DNA from: Octopus sinensis
Lineage: Eukaryota
Length of the DNA stretch: 64,000 nt
Direction: 5' to 3'
Assembly (NCBI RefSeq): GCF_006345805.1
Contig: NC_043004.1
Span: 62,620,001 to 62,684,000 of the forward strand
A program made the translations under genes and the position numbers. The notes below the pieces were generated by a model. The model made no database searches and had not been told where the DNA came from. It saw only the letters and a list, made by a program, of their open reading frames with translations. Shown here one piece after another: positions 1-12,101 of the stretch; position 1 is the first letter of the stretch, and the number at the start of each line of letters is the position of its first letter.

Positions 1-192
1 CTGATATTATTTATAATTGCATAACCATTAGTGTATAAATAATAGCTAATTTAATGTTAGTACATTCAAAAGAAGGAACATTATTTGAAAGAAGAATTGA
101 AATGCATCTCCTAACCGGAATTCATCCTCAAAGAAATATGGGAGTCTAGGTGAAACATTTAAAACCTTCATCAATTTAAACTATTGAGAATA

Positions 193-249
<57 letters not shown>

Positions 250-1649
250 ACACATATATATATACACATACACACACATATATGGGTGTGTATGTATATA
301 TTTATGCAAAAGTGTATACGTATGTATGTATGTATGTGTGTATGTATGTATGTATGTTTGTATGCATAGACGTTATATAAAGACTTGTGCCGGAAAGGTT
401 AAAGCGCTGGAGATAAACGTCAAATTATCGAATACATCATTGTGCTCTTAGGTTAACGATTTAGCATTTAAAGCGGCCATATCTAGACAAAATATTCCAC
501 GGGTACTATGTCGAAATCTTCAGATCCATCATGTCACATTTACCCTTCACTTTAATTCTAAAAGTAAACAGTCACGTTACCAATATCCCAAAGCGACTTC
601 ATAATGCATGATTAAATGTTTCAATGTGAATATATGTTTTACAACTGACGATCTAGTTTCAATAGTGTTTTAAAATAGTCCTTGCCTGTAGGATAACATC
701 ATATCCGAGAATGACTATGGCTCGATGAGTTGGCTTGACCTCAACTATATTTTTGTGTGTTCAAGTGAATTGGTTGTTGGTGAGTCGGTTAGCTCTTATA
801 TTAGTGTGATCTAGAGTATCTGTGTAGGAACGGCATCATTAGAGATGTAAGAGCAACAGTCCCTTGCGAAATGCACTCGGACTTTGTCCTAAGTTGGTTC
901 CCACTCTGAAAACAAGATCTTATCAATGGGAATGTGGTTCTAACTACGTTAAATATGACCTTTATAACGAACAATTTTCAACGCGTTTTGAGCTAAAGTA
1001 TTGCGTTCTTGTCAATTTTCATTTTTAATTGTGTAATGATACTTACTTGATAAAAGTAGCATTTATGAATGCCTTTTGGTTTTTAAATACTGTAAAAGAA
1101 CCGAGAAAAATCTGCGTTTACGAAATTGGTCAGGTAAAACAAATCATTGAAGATTTCTATTTATGAAATCGGTAAGATTTTGCCATATGATAAATAGTAT
1201 CAGTAACACTTTGCTGTTGATAGCCTACACGTGGAAATAACTAGGTTTGGTGCATAATGAAATCCCCTGTACCATACAAGAACAGCACTTCGCCCTGCCG
1301 CTCGTATAGAGTAAACTCAGTTACTGAGTCAAGACACCTATATCGATGAGGGCAGTTTAAATTGAAACAAGGAGAATTTAAGCCAACACCACCAAACTGC
1401 TTATACAATGAAAGACTGTCAGCGCTAACTACCTGAACCATATTAGGTAATTACAACATCCGCTTCTCCCATGTGCATTAATATTCTGTCCACCATATGG
1501 ACGTCAGAACAAAAACGCCAAGCGAGCTGCGTAGAAAAATAGTAGTCTAAAGTATAGAACCCGATTTGAATTTGTCTCACTTCACTTCACAGTCCGGATC
1601 CAATTGTAGAAAATGAAAGTCTCATGGTTTGGCGAAGAGTATATGTTGA

Positions 1650-1705
<56 letters not shown>

Positions 1706-1796
1706 GTATGTATATATGTATGTATGTATGTATGTATATGTTTGTATGTATGGACGTATGTATTATATAAATATATATATGTATATATATATATAT

Positions 1797-1829
<33 letters not shown>

Positions 1830-1937
1830 ATGACATATATATGTATATATATATGTATATGTATGTATGTATGTATATATTATATATATGTATATATATA
1901 TATATATATATATAGATATAGATATATATATTATATG

Positions 1938-1969
<32 letters not shown>

Positions 1970-2025
1970 CATACATACATACATATTATATATATATATA
2001 TATATTATATATATATATACTAATA

Positions 2026-2068
<43 letters not shown>

Positions 2069-2503
2069 AAAGAGAATTCAAATAGGTCCAACACACAATT
2101 TATATAAACATATATTGCGCCATGGATCGATGCATATCAGTTTTTAATTATACAAATGTAAATCATATTTAAAAAATCCTAAGAATATGTAAATATATAA
2201 CTTTAACATGCATATATAAAAGACGAATGAGATTTAGTTAAAAAAGCTGTATAAAGATATATAGCTGTATAAAGATATATAGCTGTATAAATATATAGAG
2301 AGAGACAATTAGAATTACAATCGTACTAGGAGGTGTTTTTGAGTGGCATTGTAAAATATATTTAAACATAGCCGATTAAAATAGAGTCTTACGAAAAGAG
2401 CGAATAAAGGAAACACATAACGTTGAGCTTAAATTGTTTTCAGAAAATATACGTAACTAATCCAAGAAAATAGGTAAACATGCTACCGAAAACTGCTGGT
2501 AGT

Positions 2504-2596
2504 CCTCTTACGGCCGTTTCGGGAACACAAACATCTATATATTTTAAGAGTATTTTCACTCCAAAAATTGGGTACTACCTCCTTCAGCAGAGAGAG
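2504..2596 (-). ncRNA. Type I hammerhead ribozyme motif (A6C core variant) at the 3' end of a PLE relic
   Basis: Minus strand reads CUCUCU-CUGCUGA-A-GGAGG...UUCCC-GAA-ACGGCCGU-A/AGAGG. Stem I is 5 bp and stem III is the perfect palindrome ACGGCCGU; stem II is weak. It lies downstream of the GIY-YIG relic on the same strand. Confidence 0.55.
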
Positions 2597-2899
2597 TATA
2601 TTCTCCAGGATTCACATTTCATATAATGCAGTAAACGGTGGATGAGATTTAGTTACACAGGGCGGTGCTTTTATTAACTGGAAGAAGAACTCTTATAACA
2701 GGAATTATGCGAAATACAGTTTAAAAATCGTTTCAAATATTAAGCCGCTAATAATTAATCAGGATGATGTCACAGGGTGGCAGGAGTATAGACAATGAGT
2801 GAAATACGGATAATTAAAATTTTAATGGTTAATTTATCGAGGTTTATCAAAATATTTAGATGCTGAACAGTATCTATGGTTAAAGGTATACATAAAATT

Positions 2900-3885
2900 C
2901 GATAACTTATTCATATCGACGAAGAATATTCATGGACTATCAAATATACAGTTTACATAATGTATTTTAGGGGTGGGGAGAATCTGCTATGACAGACCAA
3001 GACCATGAGTATTGTATATTTTTTTTAGTTCTTGTCTATAAGTAGCTAGCGTTGTTGGAAATTTATAATTTACTTTAGTAAATAAATTCAAATGGGCCCT
3101 ATAGCGATGTTTTAAGTCTAAAGTAGGAATCTCCACAGAACACCAATACACTACATTATTACGTACACAGCATCCCTCCAGTGGACACGACTTCTTAATT
3201 CGACAATTATATGTTTTGTCCTCTCTGCATCCTCATTAATTTTCTGATTAGTAGAGGTTAAGTCGACCGTTAGAGGATGACCCGGCGTAATGTTTACGGT
3301 AGAGCTAGTATAATTTTTTTAGTAATAAAGTTCATTATAAAGATTCGTGTGGGTAGGTTTCCTAGGTCTCAGTTCAGGCCTATTAATGCAAGCTATAATT
3401 GAACCTAATTTCGGAGTAGTAAGGTACGACAATTTCACAGAGGATTTCTAATTGTGAGGGAATTTATCGTTCAATATCTTTAAAAATAATTTGGGTTAAG
3501 ATTTGACCTGAAGAGAGAGATGCGGGGAATATCATATAATTTCATCTTTCCTAAAAGTTGAATGTTTGGTTTATTTAGATTTGTTTGCGATATAGAGAGA
3601 TATAGAATTTCCAAATCTTATGTTATTAAGTCGTGCGTCATCCATACACTGTTTTTTCATATGTTTAATTGGTTTATCTAAATTGAAGGTCGTATAACAA
3701 GATTGTGAACCAGTTCCGTTAACGAAATTTGAAATTTTGGTCTTAAGAATTGTATAGGGAGGTAAAATATTTCTTTTCAAAACACCCTTAACTCTAGTGC
3801 TTGAAATTCTAATTGAGATAGCTGTTGCCATAACATTGAGGGTTGATATAGAATGATTAGAGAGTACATTTATATACTGATGGGT
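2900..3885 (-). mobile_element. Penelope-like element relic (RT thumb, linker, GIY-YIG), degenerate
   Basis: Minus-strand translations give SNHSISTLNVMATAISIRISS (cf. SNHPP..I..RIS), KLFLKILNDKFP, NCRIKKSCPLEGCCVRNNVVYWCSVE and LKHRYRAHL. Many stops and frameshifts. Confidence 0.75.
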
Positions 3886-3928
3886 TTCGTTTGTTTCTTC
3901 TATCTCTCTCTCTCTTTCTTTCACTATC

Positions 3929-3980
<52 letters not shown>

Positions 3981-4070
3981 GGGAGAGTTCAGGAAAAAAA
4001 CAAAAGATATGAGAGGTTGGGTACAAAACAAACAGATGTATTAGTATAACGCTCAGGATTTGAAACAGTA

Positions 4071-4104
4071 TTTACGTTTCGAGCCGACGCTCTTCTACAG
4101 AAAG
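4071..4104 (-). ncRNA. Minimal HHR motif in a PLE pseudo-LTR fragment (about 4030-4170)
   Basis: Minus strand: CUUU-CUGUAGA-A-GAGC-gucg-GCUC-GAA-ACGU-A/AA. Stem III is the 4-nt palindrome ACGU; the core has an A6U deviation. Confidence 0.6.
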
Positions 4105-4181
4105 GAACGCAGAAAAAGAGAGAGAGAGAAACAAGGAGAGAAAAAAATGGGTGTAATGGCTACGTGGGTACCGATCTATAG

Positions 4182-4243
<62 letters not shown>

Positions 4244-4463
4244 TTATATATGTACATATATATATTATGTACATATATATATATGTATATATACATGTTG
4301 TATATATATATTATATATATATACATATATATGTATATATATCTATGATATGTATATTATATATAGATTATATATATATATGTATGTATTATATATATGT
4401 ATATATGTATATATATATATGTATATTATATATATATGTGTGTATATATATATTATAATATAT

Positions 4464-4496
<33 letters not shown>

Positions 4497-4711
4497 GTAT
4501 ATATACTATATATATGTATTATAATGTATATATATACATATATATATGTATGATATATATATATATATGTATATATATATGTATATATATGTATATGTAT
4601 ATGTATATACATATATATATGATTATATATATGTATATATAATGATATATGTATATATATATGTAATATATATATAGTGTATATATTATATGGTTATATG
4701 TAATATATATA

Positions 4712-4744
<33 letters not shown>

Positions 4745-4859
4745 TATATATATATATTATATATATATTATCATATATATATATATATTTATATGAAGGT
4801 ATGTAGTAGGGCTACAGATGTCTCATAGCAAGCAGAAAATCAATAGCAACTCAATTTTT

Positions 4860-5110
4860 TAAACTCTTAAATGGTCCATAACCACCCCTGCTAAACCATA
4901 CTTCGGCTATAATAACAAGTGCGATCTCTCCATAGAGATCTTAGCTACTATGCAATCCACTGATTGCTTTAATGAAGGCGTCAGTATAATTTTCGCATGC
5001 AAACATCAATTATGCAACCTATTCTCAAATTACAAAAAACCACCGCCTTCCTCCCGCGCATCATTCCGTAAATTTCTCTCCGATATCATAGACATTTTCC
5101 CTTTTTTAAT
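4860..5110 (+). mobile_element. PLE GIY-YIG C-terminal relic
   Basis: LKWSITTPAKPYFGYNNKCDLSIEIL resembles the WSI...AKPY......C.LC.EE end of PLE endonucleases. Confidence 0.45.
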
Positions 5111-5427
5111 CTCACAATGACTAAATATTAAGCCACCATTATCAATATCACAACTTATTTTTGTTTATATCTATCTTTATATTTGCTTGCGATTTATAAC
5201 ATGTAATTTCACTTTCCCGCCTGCCTCCACATCTTTCCAACCCCATCTTTGTGTACTTACAGGTATATACGCCTACATACACATCTATTACCTCATACAG
5301 TACGCACGGTTGCGCACAACATACATTCCTTAATTCTTTGCTTTGTATTATTCTTCCTCATTTCCTTTAGACTTTCAAGTTTTACTACTATATCATCACT
5401 TCAAACTTTTGTTCTATTCTAGAACAT

Positions 5428-5840
5428 AGGCGTAGGAGTGGCTGTGTGGTAAGAAGCTTGTTTACCAACCGGATGGTTCCGGGTTCAGTACCACTGCGTG
5501 GCACCTTGGGCAAGTGTCTTCTACTATAGCCTCGGGCCAACCAAAGCCTTGTGAGTGGATTTGGTAGATGGAAACTGAAAGAAGCCCGTCGTATATATGT
5601 ATATGTATGTATATATGTGCGTGTGTGTGTCTTTGTGTGTCCGTGTTTGTCCCCCTCCAACATCGCTTGACAACCAATGCTGGTGTGTTTACGTCCCCGT
5701 TACTTAGCGGTTCGGCAAAAGAGACCGATAGAATAAGTACTGGGCTTGCAAAAGAATAAGTCCCGGGGTCGATTTGCTCGACTAAAAGGCGGTGCTCCAG
5801 CATGGCCGCAGTCAAATGACTGAAACAAGTAAAAGAGAGT
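5428..5840 (+). mobile_element. tRNA-headed SINE, family A
   Basis: A-box-like TGGCTGTGTGGT, B-box-like GGTTCAGTACC, internal TA/TG tract and AGTAAAAG tail. Six near-identical copies in the window. Confidence 0.9.
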
Positions 5841-6372
5841 ATATATATACTCTCTGACAGTAACCATACACATCCTGGTTACCCCTTTAAGATATATACT
5901 TATCCCCACCCCTTCTTCCTTCCCCATTATCCCTTCATACCCCACCCTCTATTGAAAACCACCTGCGAAATGAACTTTCTTAAATTCCTTACAAGTACTT
6001 CACACTCTTGTTTGTTTCTTCTCTTTTCTATATTTCATTCCTTCTTACAATCCTAACTTTCTCTTCACAATATATAGTCTACACTCTAGCTATGCTCCCT
6101 ACATATTGTGATCGAATTGTCAGTATCTTGACATGTTACGACAATATAAACTTCATTTAATCAAGCCAACCTTGGCCCGAAGAGTAGCCCGCGGTTAACA
6201 CGTCGCTCAGATATTTACCACTTCCGAAATCCGCTCACTATGAAACGTATATAACCCCGGATCTTATCTCCTCCATTCCTTATCTCTTCCACTTTATTCG
6301 CATACCTGGCAACCCTGCCTACCTACCGTGAAATATAAAACATTTTTTCAACTTAAAATACTTCGAAACTAG

Positions 6373-6616
6373 TACTTACTTGTACTTGTGACAGCGTTCA
6401 CCCAGGTTGGGTTGAGCCAGCTTCTTTTCTGGTTCTGACAGCATCACGAAACCATGGCGGCCCACGCTCGACGGTCCTGTGCGAGGTCACTGGAAATAGC
6501 GAGCCATTCGCTGTTCCATCTGTGCAGACCGACCACCAGAGAACCTGAGAGTTCGGAGAGGTCCTCCTTTATCGTCGTTGCCCAGGTCTTCAGCTGCCGC
6601 CCGTGCGGCTCTTCCA
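6373..6616 (-). mobile_element. RTE-clade LINE 3' fragment
   Basis: Translates to GGQLKTWATTIKEDL...W...LAQDRRAWAAMV (one frameshift) and ends in a (CAAGTA)n-like tail. Confidence 0.75.
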
Positions 6617-6893
6617 CAGAAAGGAACAGAGAAATAAACAGGGAGAGAAAATAGATATAGGTTTAGAGGCTAGCGATCAATCATACGCGTAAACACACTC
6701 ACACACACACGCACACATACTCACACACACACACACATATATATTATAATATATACATATATATATATATATATAACATTAGGAGTGACCCCAACAGGTC
6801 ACTCGTCCACCAGAAAGAGCAGCCATAACTCACACCGCCAAGTAGTATTATTCAGAAATTAGGTGAAAATTTAAAAACATTTACCCTAATTCA

Positions 6894-6994
6894 TCTTTTA
6901 GACGTTGCAACGTTCTGTGTCATTAATGATTAAATTAGCTTAATTAAATTAAATTAAGCCAATCTACCATAGGTTACACTTCATCAGTAAAAGA
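6894..6994 (-). ncRNA. Type I HHR, array copy 1
   Basis: UCUUUUA-CUGAUGA-A-GUGU...ACAC-A-GA(A)-ACGUUGCAACGU-C/UAAAAGA with a 7-bp stem I. This copy lacks one A of GAAA. Confidence 0.75.
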
Positions 6995-7366
6995 CCTGGG
7001 AGGACCAAATATACACGAGGCGTCTGTATCGATGCCTACGGGATATCTGACTTAAAATTTTCAAGACTGACGTATTCGCGCCAAACTTATCAACAGTAAA
7101 ATATAAACTGCCGATTCAATCTCAGAATTAATCAGAAAATTATCAATTAGTCAATTAGGGTAGCAAAAAAATTCAATAGAAATTTATCGTAACCAGCGGC
7201 CTGGTGGAAAAGAGAAAATAGTCATCGACTAAATATATAAATATAACAATTTAGGAGTGACCCCAACAGGTCACTCGTCCACCAGAAAGAGCAGCCTAAC
7301 TCACACCGCCAAGTAGTATTAATTCAGAAATTAGGTGAAAATTTAAAAAACATTTACCCTAATTCA

Positions 7367-7469
7367 TCTTTTAGACGTTGCAAACGTTTCTGTGTCATTA
7401 ATGATTAAATTAGCTTAATAAAATTAAATTAAGCCAATCTACCATAGGTTACACTTCATCAGTAAAAGA
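7367..7469 (-). ncRNA. Type I HHR, array copy 2
   Basis: Same motif with intact CUGAUGA and GAAA; one extra base in the stem III palindrome. Confidence 0.75.
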
Positions 7470-8102
7470 CCTGGGAGAGACAAATATACACGAGGCGTCT
7501 GTATCGATGCCTACGGGATATCTGACTTAAAATTTTCAAGACTGACGTATTCGCGCCAAACTTATCAACAGTAAATATAAACTGCCGATTCAATCTCAGA
7601 ATTATTCAGAAAATTATCAATTAGTCAATTTAGGGTAGCAAAAAAATTCAATAGAAATTTATCGCAACCAGCGATTTAATTTAATTAAGCTAATTTAATC
7701 ATTAATGACACAGAAACGTTGCAACGTCTAAAAGATGAATTAGGGTAAATGTTTTTAAATTTTCACCTAATTTCTGAATTAATACTACTTGGCGTGTGTG
7801 AGTTATGGCTGCTCTTTGGTGGGACGAGTGACCTGTTGGGGTCACTCCTAAATTGTTATATTTATATATTAGTCGATGACTATTTCTCTTTTCCACCAGG
7901 CCGCTGGTTGCGATAAATTTCTATTGAATTTTTTGCTACCCTGAATTGACTAATTGATAATTTTCTGAATAATTCTGAGATTGATCGGCAGTTTATATTT
8001 ACTGTTGATAAGTTTGGCGCGAATACGTCAGTCTTGAAAATTTTAAGTCAGATATCCCGTAGGCATCGATACAGACGCCTCGTGTATATTGTCTCTCCCA
8101 GG

Positions 8103-8199
8103 TCTTTTACTGATGAAGTGTAACCTATGGTAGATTGGCTTATTTTAATTTAATTAAGTCTATTTAATCATCCGAAGAAACGTTGCAACGTCTAAAAGA
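8103..8199 (+). ncRNA. Type I HHR, array copy 4
   Basis: TCTTTTA 8103-8109, CTGATGA 8110-8116, GAA-ACGTTGCAACGT-C 8177-8192, TAAAAGA 8193-8199. The 3' strand of stem II is damaged. Confidence 0.75.
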
Positions 8200-8425
8200 T
8201 GAATTAGGGTAAATGTTTTTAAATTTTCACCTAATTTCTGAATTAATACTACTTGGGCGGTGTGAGTTATGGCTGCTCTTTCTGGTGGACGAGTGACCTG
8301 TTGGGGTCACTCCTAAATTGTTATATTTATATATTTAGTCGATGACTATTTCTCTTTTCACCAGGCCGTGGTTGCGATAAATTTCTATTGAATTTTTTGC
8401 TACCCTAATTGACTAAATATATATA

Positions 8426-8519
<94 letters not shown>

Positions 8520-8554
8520 CATACATACATGCCATATATGGGTACAGAACATCG

Positions 8555-8760
8555 CCAACAGTTAGCAATATGAAATATGAAACCAAATGAGAATGAGTTC
8601 AATACGCAAAGAGATAGAACACATGGAAAACAGGACAAGTAACACAAAGAAGGACCTCACATCAGTTCTCGGCTGTCTATCTATTCATCATTTGGAGCAG
8701 TGACCGGCAATGCAAAATAAAGATACAAATATATAAACATACATAAACAATATATTCATC
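8555..8760 (-). repeat. Dispersed repeat (probable PLE pseudo-LTR fragment), related to 56160-56400
   Basis: Shares ACAAGTAACACAAAGAAGGAC..CATCAGTT..CGGCTGTCTATCTA with about 56178-56230. The related 56160 copy reads CUGAUGA on the minus strand; this one has CUGAUGU. Confidence 0.5.
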
Positions 8761-8839
8761 CCTACAATTATCAATGTAGGTAACTATATATATATGTCTC
8801 TACCCCCATATTTTCGTGAGTTGAATTGAGCAAACACTA

Positions 8840-8960
8840 TATGAGAGAGGTTTTCTTTAAGTATTAGAAATAGTTTTAAAAAAGTTTTTTTTAGCTGCTA
8901 TTTCTAATGAGTTCAGTATGCGGCAAAGTAATTTATTTTACTAAGCCCTTTTATATAATA
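8840..8960 (+). repeat. Fragment of the element present at 11258-11778
   Basis: TAATGAGTTCAGTATGCGGCAAAGT..TTTATTTTACTAAGCCCTTTTATATA is nearly identical to 11727-11778. Confidence 0.85.
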
Positions 8961-9642
8961 TATATATATATATATATATATTATATAATATATATGCACT
9001 TTCATTCATAATTGAAACTCGAAAATAGGATATCGCACACTAATGAGTACGTAATTAATGGCGTATTGTTCATTGAATCATACATTTCCCATCATTGTTC
9101 AAATAGAAAAATGAAATTTCTAAAATACCTTATCATTATTTCCTCTCCTATCACATTCAGTGCAGAATTTGTGAGAATTTGACACATTTTTGCACGTTAC
9201 ACTTTAAGAAACTAGGGAAATTTGTTAAATCAATAGTAGCCATAAATTCATTCACCAATCATCTTATTACTCTCTTCCAAATTGCTTTAAATCTATTGGT
9301 ACTACATTTGAAAATTAACATTATCACTACGTGAATTTATATGCCTTCAGGAGGTTTATAACACCGTACTAAATGTAATATATAACATTGAAATGAAATA
9401 ATAATTTCTTGACAAGCTACAATTCGGTTAACAGTATTTATGGCATATATTTCTTCAATTACGATGTTTCCCATTTCAAAGCTTCTAGTTTCTACACTCT
9501 GTCAGCTCTGTATACATAATGCTCTCTCATACATGTTTATATGAATGCACACAAAAACACAACCATGAAAATGCTATATTGCCGTTAGATTTAATAGTTT
9601 CAGTGCTTCTCCAGGCAAGTTTAAGCTGTTAAACTACATATA

Positions 9643-10807
9643 CACAGACATGACAGAAGTAAATAGACACTCGTATAATCATTAAGATTAATCTAAATCT
9701 GAAATTATGCTTTCAAATTATTTATTAATTGTATGAATGTGAATAGTTAATATCTAGTAGACGTGCCCTTTGCATTTTTCAACGTATGCACCCTATTAAG
9801 CATGTTACGCATCAGATGATGCATATTCTCTTGCGGAATTCCTTGCCAAGTTTCATGCAGTAATCTCAAAAGATCCAGCCTAGAATATGCTTTACTTTGT
9901 TCATTTTATAAAGTGTCCTGTACATTATGTCCCATTGGCGTTAAATAAAGTTCATATCTGGTGAGGGGTTTTCCCATGAAAGTTTTGTAATGCAATTCTC
10001 ATCCAACAAATCTCAGGTCCTTTTAGCCGTGTGACAAGGAACCCCATATTCCATAAATAACTTCTTTAATCATTTGATCACTGCAGAAGATTGGGAGGAA
10101 TCCTTTCTGTAATATGGTCACATAGTTATCTTAGTTTATGATTCCCGCACACTCCACCAGCTCTGATCAACCAGTGTTCACCAGACCATCACTGAATAGC
10201 TGTTGGCTGCAATCTTTTCACATTAAATTTTTGATCACAGATTCTCCATACTTACACTCGATCACTGTCAGGAAATGCAGCAAATATGGACTCATTAGAG
10301 AATATGACAGTGTCACAAAATGCTAGTGGCCTCTCCGCCATCTCACTGGTCGAAACTTGATGTTGGCCGGTCGAACAAGTGGATTCTTTCTTGCTGCTCT
10401 GCGATAGTAACCAAGTTTGTGGAGATATCTGTCAGGTGTTCTGGGACTGACATCAACTTGTTCTCGTATGTCAGATGTCTTGCAACGAGGATTATCCTGT
10501 CAGAGGTCTCTGGTTGATCTGGGTGAGGTGATGTGGAGTTCTTCCCCTTTCTGGGGAATTACACAATGACTTCATTAACTGTAGAAACCGATGTTACGCT
10601 ATGTCAATTTTCAGAATTACATACATTACTACCTCTTTGGAATTTAGACAGTTCCAAGCCTTCTTTTGAACATGTCATGATTAAACACTCACACATAGAA
10701 CCTGAAACATAAAAAATCAATTAATAAAAAAAAGTATAAAACTTTATAAGTTAGAATAAAGATAAATCGATGTTTCATGTGTGTATATTTACTTCGGTCA
10801 TGCGTGA
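9643..10807 (-). mobile_element. Tc1-like DNA transposon relic
   Basis: TIR cores at 9649-9670 and 10781-10802 match 20/22, with TA at the left end. Minus-strand motifs ELSKFQRG, RRYLHKLGYYRRAARKNPL, FSNES(I)F and SPDMNFI*RQWDIM. Confidence 0.75.
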
Positions 10808-10884
10808 GCGTGTGTGAGTGCGCGCATTTGTGTCTATACATATTTAATTTAATTTTTTCCATGTTTAACGTAATAGAGTGTGGC

Positions 10885-11050
10885 CATGTTGGGGTACCAC
10901 CTTGACGAATTTTAGACGAACTAATCGTTCCAAGTGCTTATTATATTCAACTGGAACCTAATACTTATTCACTTCCATTTTTTATCAAACCTCTAGTTCA
11001 CGGGGACGTAAATACAAAAATATCGGTTATCAAGCAATGGCGGGGACATA
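10885..11050 (-). mobile_element. Old 3' fragment of SINE family A
   Basis: Degenerate reverse complement of the CATTGCTTGACAACCGAT...GGTGCTCCAGCATGGCC region. Confidence 0.65.
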
Positions 11051-11204
11051 CTCTGGGTTGTTCGATCCAATTTACAGCCGGTAAACAATACAGGTTTTCA
11101 ATTGAGTAATCCCTGTTATTTCACAATCCAGAAATAAAGGAAAATCATAAGCATGTATATTTGTATCTATCTATCATTCTCTTTCTTCCTCACTCTCTCT
11201 TTTT

Positions 11205-11257
<53 letters not shown>

Positions 11258-11264
<7 letters not shown>

Positions 11265-11768
11265 AAATAGAAAGATGAATTTTCTTGTAACAGATTATTC
11301 AAAGGTTTAACCGATACCTGGGTAGCAAAAATCGCAGCGGAAAACAGCACGGTTGGAGATAAGACCATTTGGTGTTGCAGCCATGGGCTCCTAAGGAGCA
11401 TCTTCGTTCGAATTGCTGTGCCTCTGTTTTGTTTTGTCCTGTCAACGGAATTCCTGTTTTTTTTCCTGAAGAGAAAGCCGCAATATGGTACCCTTATTTA
11501 AAAAGAATTTGGACATTTGTGGCCTTCGAAACATGTGTAGAATGTAATAAAAGGTATTCTATAAATATATATATATATATATATTTCAACAATTGAGGGT
11601 AAAATTAATTAATTAATCAATTTCACCAAGTATTCAGTATGCAAAGGGACCATTTAAGGCGAATTCAAATTATTACATTATATAAAAGGGCTTAGTAAAT
11701 AAATTACTTTGCCGCATACTGAACTCTAATGAGTTCAGTATGCGGCAAAGTATTTATTTTACTAAGCC

Positions 11769-11778
<10 letters not shown>
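11258..11778. repeat. Rearranged HHR-bearing repeat with a terminal fold-back palindrome (11679-11778)
   Basis: ATTGTTGAAATA at 11257 is inverted at about 11582-11593; palindrome centred on GAACTC-TAAT-GAGTTC; flanked by (TA)n. Confidence 0.7.
11463..11542 (+). ncRNA. Type I HHR with an intact catalytic core
   Basis: UUC-CUGAAGA-GAAAGCCGC...GUGGCCUUC-GAA-ACAUGUGU-A/GAA. Stem II pairs 8 of 9, stem III is self-complementary, and the predicted GUA cleavage is after 11539. Confidence 0.8.
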
Positions 11779-11821
<43 letters not shown>

Positions 11822-12057
11822 CACTCATAGATACAGGCTCACGCACACACGCACATGTATATCTTATCTACCAATCTCTTTTTTATATAATTATATATAT
11901 GTATATCCGCATATATAGATATACGCACACATGCATATTATATAAATATATATACACACATATATATATATAGTTATAATTTAATCTATATATATATATC
12001 TATATATATATGTATACATGCATACGTTCATACATATATATATATATATATATATAA

Positions 12058-12101
<44 letters not shown>

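Larger units (their letters stand above)
6772..8416. repeat. About 472-bp unit: about 2 direct copies (6772-7673) then about 1.6 inverted copies (7674-8416), with (TA)n on both sides
   Basis: AGGAGTGACC recurs at 6781 and 7253 (period 472); the reverse complement resumes at 7674. Copies differ almost only by 1-nt indels. No ORF. Confidence 0.95.

Noticed and set aside
2243-2295. Short 13-18-bp tandem duplications (also at about 12495, 13385 and 44295)
   Set aside because: Ordinary slippage products.
6177-6252. HHR-like CCGAAGA-GTAG...CTAT-GAAACGTA
   Set aside because: No stem I pairing; at best a decayed motif.
6365-6375. GAA-ACTAGT-A palindromic stem III look-alike
   Set aside because: No upstream CUGANGA or stem II; it overlaps the RTE tail junction.
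8895-8920. CTAATGA-GTTC as an HHR core
   Set aside because: It is part of a TTAGAAATAG/CTATTTCTAA stem, and no correctly placed GAAA or stem III follows.
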